Notes under the pieces: model-generated
Seen by the model: the letters and a program-made list of their open reading frames with translations, nothing else
Database searches by the model: none
Told to the model about the DNA's origin: nothing
NCBI GenBank assembly: GCA_964591455.1
Contig: CAZQDZ010000006.1
Location: 55,098-119,097 of the forward strand
DNA from: an uncultured Saprospiraceae bacterium
Lineage (GTDB): Bacteria; Bacteroidota; Bacteroidia; Chitinophagales; Saprospiraceae
DNA: 64,000 nucleotides
Reading direction: 5' to 3'
In this document: piece after piece, positions 59,748-64,000 of the stretch
Numbering within the stretch: position 1 is the first letter of the stretch
Layout: each line of letters begins with the position of its first letter
Program-made: the position numbers and the translations under genes

Positions 59748-61079
59748 ATGATACTACTAATAACACTAGCAGGTTTTTATCCTTATTTGTGGACGTGGAT
59801 AGCGTTTACAGGAGTTATTTTATTGTTGTCGTACATGCTTATAGCTGCACGTAAAAAATTAATTCCACAGGGAGATGTCAGCATTACAGTTAATGGAGAT
59901 ACTGATAATCCGATTAAAGTGCAGCCAGGTTCAAACTTGTTGACGGCACTATCAGATTCTAATCTCTTCCTTCCTTCTGCATGTGGAGGTGGAGGTACTT
60001 GTGCTATGTGTGAGTGCCATGTGCATTCCGGAGGTGGTGATGTCCTGCCTACAGAGATGAATCACTTAACTAGAAAGGAAGCAGCAGAAGGGATGCGATT
60101 GGCTTGCCAAGTCAAAGTAAGAGAGGATATGGATATTGCAATTCCAGAGGAGGTGTTTGGCATCAAGAAGTGGGAATGTGAGGTTGTCTCTAATTATAAT
60201 GTGGCGACTTTCATTAAGGAATTCATTGTAAGATTGCCAGAAGGCGAGACGCTAGATTTTCAGGCAGGTGGTTATATCCAAGTAGATGTTCCTCCTTGTA
60301 CGGTTGACTATAAAAACGATATAGATATAACAGCGCATCCTAACTATCATGATACGCCAGACAAATTCCAGAAGGATTGGGATAATTTCAAGTTATGGGA
60401 CCTGAAGATGGTTAATGATGAGGATATATTTAGAGCCTACTCGATGTCAAATCACCCAGCAGAAGGTAACATCGTATCATTAACGATTAGAATTGCAACG
60501 CCGCCTTTTGATAAGGCTAAGGGTGGATGGATGGATGTCAATCCTGGTATTTGTTCTTCTTATGTATTCTCAAAAAAGCCTGGAGATAAAGTTACAATTT
60601 CAGGTCCATATGGAGAATTCTTTATCAAAGAAACGAAGAACGAAATGTTGTATGTAGGTGGGGGAGCTGGAATGGCACCAATGAGATCACATCTCTATCA
60701 CCTTTTTCACACACTTAAGACTGGTCGTAAAGTAACCTTCTTCTATGGTGGTCGTACAAAGCAAGAATTATTCTACGTAGAGGAATTTAGAGAAATAGAA
60801 AAACAGTTTCCTAATTTCAGATTCGCAGTAGCTTTAGATAATCCACTACCTGAAGATAATTGGGTACTTAAAGAACATATAGATGACCCTAATGGAGATG
60901 GTTTCAAGGGCTATGTTCACCAGGTAGTAATAGATGAGTTTCTACAAAAGCACGAAGCACCAGAGGATATAGAATTATATTTCTGTGGACCGCCTATCAT
61001 GAATCAGTGTGTGCTTAGAATGGCAGATGACTGGGGGATACCACCAGAGCAAGTAGCATTCGATGATTTCGGAGGCTAA
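59748..61079 (+). CDS. nqrF: Na+-NQR subunit F
   Basis: N-terminal TM segment, 2Fe-2S motif SACGGGGTCAMCEC, FAD motif RAYSMSN, and NADH motif GGGAGMAPM. Confidence 0.92.
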   Translation: MILLITLAGFYPYLWTWIAFTGVILLLSYMLIAARKKLIPQGDVSITVNGDTDNPIKVQPGSNLLTALSDSNLFLPSACGGGGTCAMCECHVHSGGGDVLPTEMNHLTRKEAAEGMRLACQVKVREDMDIAIPEEVFGIKKWECEVVSNYNVATFIKEFIVRLPEGETLDFQAGGYIQVDVPPCTVDYKNDIDITAHPNYHDTPDKFQKDWDNFKLWDLKMVNDEDIFRAYSMSNHPAEGNIVSLTIRIATPPFDKAKGGWMDVNPGICSSYVFSKKPGDKVTISGPYGEFFIKETKNEMLYVGGGAGMAPMRSHLYHLFHTLKTGRKVTFFYGGRTKQELFYVEEFREIEKQFPNFRFAVALDNPLPEDNWVLKEHIDDPNGDGFKGYVHQVVIDEFLQKHEAPEDIELYFCGPPIMNQCVLRMADDWGIPPEQVAFDDFGG

Positions 61080-61143
61080 ATTCACATAAGGAGAATCGAA
61101 CTGATATGTAACAGCATAAACAGTTATGAAATAAATAGAATAG

Positions 61144-61174
61144 AGGCATTAGAAATTTTTCTGATGCCTTTTTC
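61144..61174 (+). terminator. Rho-independent terminator after nqrF
   Basis: AGGCATTAGAA-attt-TTCTGATGCCT stem (one G-U pair) followed by TTTTCT. Confidence 0.75.
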
Positions 61175-61369
61175 TAATTCCGCTCATCTAGAATTTTCTA
61201 CAAGTCGACTTGAAGGCGTTACCTATTTAGCTCCAGTTTTAAAATTAAATTATTCCATTGATAATTCGCATAGCTTACGGCCCATTGATGCAGTAGATAC
61301 TGTCATGGTTGACATGTTAGAGTCATTCATTTTAACCTTTACTGTTTCGTATGCATCAATAACTTTGCG

Positions 61370-61495
61370 TCATGAATTAGCAAATCCTATTGGACTCATT
61401 CTTCCCAATGACTTATGAGGATGTCCGAGATTATAGTCAATCTCTCTCACATGTTCTGAATAAACCGATCGTTCGAGTGTTTGATAAAAATCATA
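61370..61495 (-). pseudogene. Transposase (rve/integrase-core, IS3-like) C-terminal remnant
   Basis: Not in the ORF track. The minus frame gives YDFYQTLERSVYSEHVREIDYNLGHPHKSLGRMSPIGFANS*. This resembles the end of DDE integrase-core transposases (..FF.TLK.E....I..YN..RPH.SLG..SP..F). It is bounded 5' by a stop, and no catalytic core is present. Confidence 0.4.
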
Positions 61496-61897
61496 TTAAG
61501 TGTATTCTAATGCACTATTCAGAAGATTTAATTTGAATAGACAGATAATCGTATATGGGTCATTCGGACTTCTGACTGACCCTTTTATTCTATAGCCTAT
61601 ACGCTATTCTTAATTTAACATATTATAAAATTATTTAATATATTTGTATTGGGCTATGATCTTTACCCTGGATCAAATAGTTCCTTCCACTTCGTATAAA
61701 CACTAAGCGGCTGCATAGTTGTTTATTAATCCGCCCTTCATTAATATTTTAATTACGGTTATTGCCCATAAAACTCTTTTGGTTTTATACCCTTAAAGCT
61801 TAATTGAATTACCCATACCGATTTGTATTCTCTATTCAATTAGAGGCTCGCTTGCTATACACGATTATTTAGCGGCTTGTCTTCAAAGAGGTAAAGC

Positions 61898-64000
61898 ATG
61901 AAGCATTTAGTATCTGGTTATAGCAAGAAGGTTTTTGTCGTAATTTTATTTTTTGCATTTCTAAGTCCAGGCTTTTCACAACAAGACAACTGCGACGTCA
62001 ATCTCATCGAGGTAGCTCTCGTAGATGTAACCGGCCTCACGGGCCAACCCAATTTCAATGATGCACATTTGTGCTCTGTTGCGGATACAGTCAGGATTAC
62101 CTTCGGTACGCCAGGAATTACGTGTAATCCTAACGCAGTTCTGACACTTAATGAATTACGAATCTTTGTCTTTGATGGCTTTACTCCAGACGATATAATT
62201 ATATCAGGTGGAGTGGGGGGATCTTTTACCTCTGGAACTGATTTTACTTTTACTGATAATAATGGCGGTGCGATTACAGTGGATCTTAATCCAGGAGCTG
62301 CCCTCAGCATAGATAAGAACAACCCTATAACTTTTGATATCGTCCTGAGTCCAGACTGTTCAGTTGCTGATGAGTCTTTCGTTATTCCATCGTATGAATT
62401 AGATTATTCTCTTCCAGGAAATATCCCATCTCAGGTGATTGGCGATGGGGTTATAGATCTGAGAGCTAATATATTTGAGCCTTTTCTAAATATTATTGCT
62501 TCTTCTACAATGCCTGCAGCAGCGTTGCCAGGAGAGGTAGTCTGTAGAGAAGTGACCATTGTAAATAGTGGTCAATTTTCTTTGCTTGACACCATTAATT
62601 TTAAGGACCTACCAGATTTTCCTTTTTCAAAGGTTACCAGTTTTGACATCTTTCCCATTGAGTCAGGGGTAGTAGGTACAACAGCGATAAATGGTTTGCC
62701 TTTTTTGGGATCAGGAACAAATGTGGATAGTATAGATTTAATTATTGATGGTATGACCTTCGGAGGTCCTAATGGGTTGTTTGAAGTTGATGGTGGGGTA
62801 CAGCTACATTATTGTGTTGAAACACAATGTCCAGCAACAGTAAATAATAGTAGTCTTTCTGCTTGGTATGGATGCAATGATGAAGTTTGTCAAGAAAGTA
62901 CTGGACTAGAATCAGTTGTCGTTGTATTTAATGGGATCCCAGACTTGCTCGTAGAAAGAGTTCCAATTATTCCAGCAGATCCTTGTACAGATCCGTTGAT
63001 GTGGGAATTTAGAATTGTCAATGATTCCATTAATGGTGGTGCTCTAGAAACACTTCCAGGAGAAGCCGATGCACAGAATGTCAAAGCAACCATCTATAGA
63101 AACGAATGTCAAGTATTCGAGTGGGATGAATATTTTGTCTCCATCGGAAATGTAGACGGTACAAGAGATGATTTTACAACTGGAACTACGATTCAAGTCC
63201 TAGGAGACTCAATTTGCTTTACTGGTCTTCCTGATGTTGGGGTCAATGATACTTTGATCATAAAAGTAAATCTGGCCAGCCCGCCGGATGATGGTACGCC
63301 GCTAGAATGTGAAGAACTCGTCAGTCAAGAAGAACCAACCTGTCTGGATCCATGGATCAAAGTGACCTACGAAGACAGATGTGCCGATCCTCGTGAAGAG
63401 GCACAATCTCAACCCGTTACCTCATCATTTCCGCCCACTGAAGGCAATCCTATGTTGTCTTTCTTAGAAGTGGAGTACACAGAACCTTCCTACTGCGAGG
63501 CTGGAAAAATAGTTTTCGAGATGAAAAACATCAGTGGTTTGGATAATCCGACCACTACAGCTCAGGACATACGATTTTACATTAGAAAAGAATTTTGCTC
63601 AACTTTTGATCTTGTAAATTACGAGTACGGAACAGATGCATCTACTGGAAATACAGCAGGAGTCTCAGTTAATAGTACTGACTTAGATAGCTTTTATTTA
63701 GTATCAGTTCCAGGTAACATTGTCAAAGATGGCTCACTTTTTTTCTCTTTTGAGATAGCCTTGGGTTGCAAAGACGCTGATGCTTGTGTGCATCCTGAAG
63801 CAGAATGTTTCATGCCAGACGTCAAAGCCACTTGGGAAAATTGTTATGGACTGAGATGGTTTACAGCTTATGAGTTTGGATATAAACTCATAGACTACAA
63901 GCCTGAGCCAACTAATGGTTTGGAGAATTTTGGCGGAGGAGCAGGACCTACATCTTTTAATGGCTCTGGTTGTGCCAATAGAAATTATTGGTACCGCTAC
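61898..64000 (+). CDS. Large secreted protein, 3' partial (runs off window)
   Basis: I translated the frame by eye from ATG 61898 and found 701 codons with no stop to the window end. That is why it is absent from the ORF track. Signal peptide (MKHLVSGYSKKVFVVILFFAFLSPGFSQQ). It is Cys- and Asp/Asn-rich like the other giant surface proteins. No domain recognised. Confidence 0.75.
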   Translation, partial: MKHLVSGYSKKVFVVILFFAFLSPGFSQQDNCDVNLIEVALVDVTGLTGQPNFNDAHLCSVADTVRITFGTPGITCNPNAVLTLNELRIFVFDGFTPDDIIISGGVGGSFTSGTDFTFTDNNGGAITVDLNPGAALSIDKNNPITFDIVLSPDCSVADESFVIPSYELDYSLPGNIPSQVIGDGVIDLRANIFEPFLNIIASSTMPAAALPGEVVCREVTIVNSGQFSLLDTINFKDLPDFPFSKVTSFDIFPIESGVVGTTAINGLPFLGSGTNVDSIDLIIDGMTFGGPNGLFEVDGGVQLHYCVETQCPATVNNSSLSAWYGCNDEVCQESTGLESVVVVFNGIPDLLVERVPIIPADPCTDPLMWEFRIVNDSINGGALETLPGEADAQNVKATIYRNECQVFEWDEYFVSIGNVDGTRDDFTTGTTIQVLGDSICFTGLPDVGVNDTLIIKVNLASPPDDGTPLECEELVSQEEPTCLDPWIKVTYEDRCADPREEAQSQPVTSSFPPTEGNPMLSFLEVEYTEPSYCEAGKIVFEMKNISGLDNPTTTAQDIRFYIRKEFCSTFDLVNYEYGTDASTGNTAGVSVNSTDLDSFYLVSVPGNIVKDGSLFFSFEIALGCKDADACVHPEAECFMPDVKATWENCYGLRWFTAYEFGYKLIDYKPEPTNGLENFGGGAGPTSFNGSGCANRNYWYRY

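Noticed and set aside
61164-61418. 84-aa plus-strand ORF after nqrF.
   Set aside because: It starts inside the nqrF terminator hairpin and runs antisense to the transposase-tail remnant. No family resemblance.

Overview
AT-rich chromosomal segment, densely coding with about 50 genes. It looks like Bacteroidota: several T9SS C-terminal sorting domains, no Shine-Dalgarno motifs, Na+-NQR, and many tightly coupled or overlapping genes. All family assignments come from reading the translations and recalling family signatures; no search was run.

Main blocks:
- (1) A scattered molybdenum-cofactor island: a two-subunit IorAB-like Mo-hydroxylase, XdhC, MoaC, MoeA, MoaA, a MocA-like transferase, MoeB-rhodanese, MoaE and MoaD. 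It is interleaved with a SulP transporter, PntAB transhydrogenase, an ECF sigma/anti-sigma pair and two hotdog-fold enzymes.
- (2) Two complete giant secreted T9SS proteins, plus the 5' end of a third that the ORF track misses because it runs off the window. The first is 1987 aa (CotH + lamin-tail + TSP3-like Cys-rich repeats + jelly-roll modules). The second is 1717 aa (P-domain + HYR-like repeats + dockerin + cohesin).
- (3) A tightly coupled minus-strand operon: DUF2891, NRAMP (YcsG-like), PxpA, PxpB, PxpC, DEAD-box helicase.
- (4) An RND efflux operon (MFP-AcrB-TolC).
- (5) nqrABCDEF.

I saw no rRNA, tRNA, CRISPR array, prophage or recognisable defence system, and I cannot support a novel multi-gene system here.

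The most unusual observations:
- Two genes (pxpA and the helicase) have their conserved N-termini encoded upstream of the first ATG, with no ATG/GTG/TTG start available.
- Four gene remnants not in the ORF track: xdhC, mobA-like, a T9SS CTD and an rve transposase.
- A perfect 25-bp direct repeat brackets a T9SS gene.
- Recent in-frame tandem duplications (138 bp x4, 660 bp x2) sit in the CotH giant.
- One polypeptide carries both a cohesin and a dockerin.
- NqrA has an N-terminal transmembrane extension.
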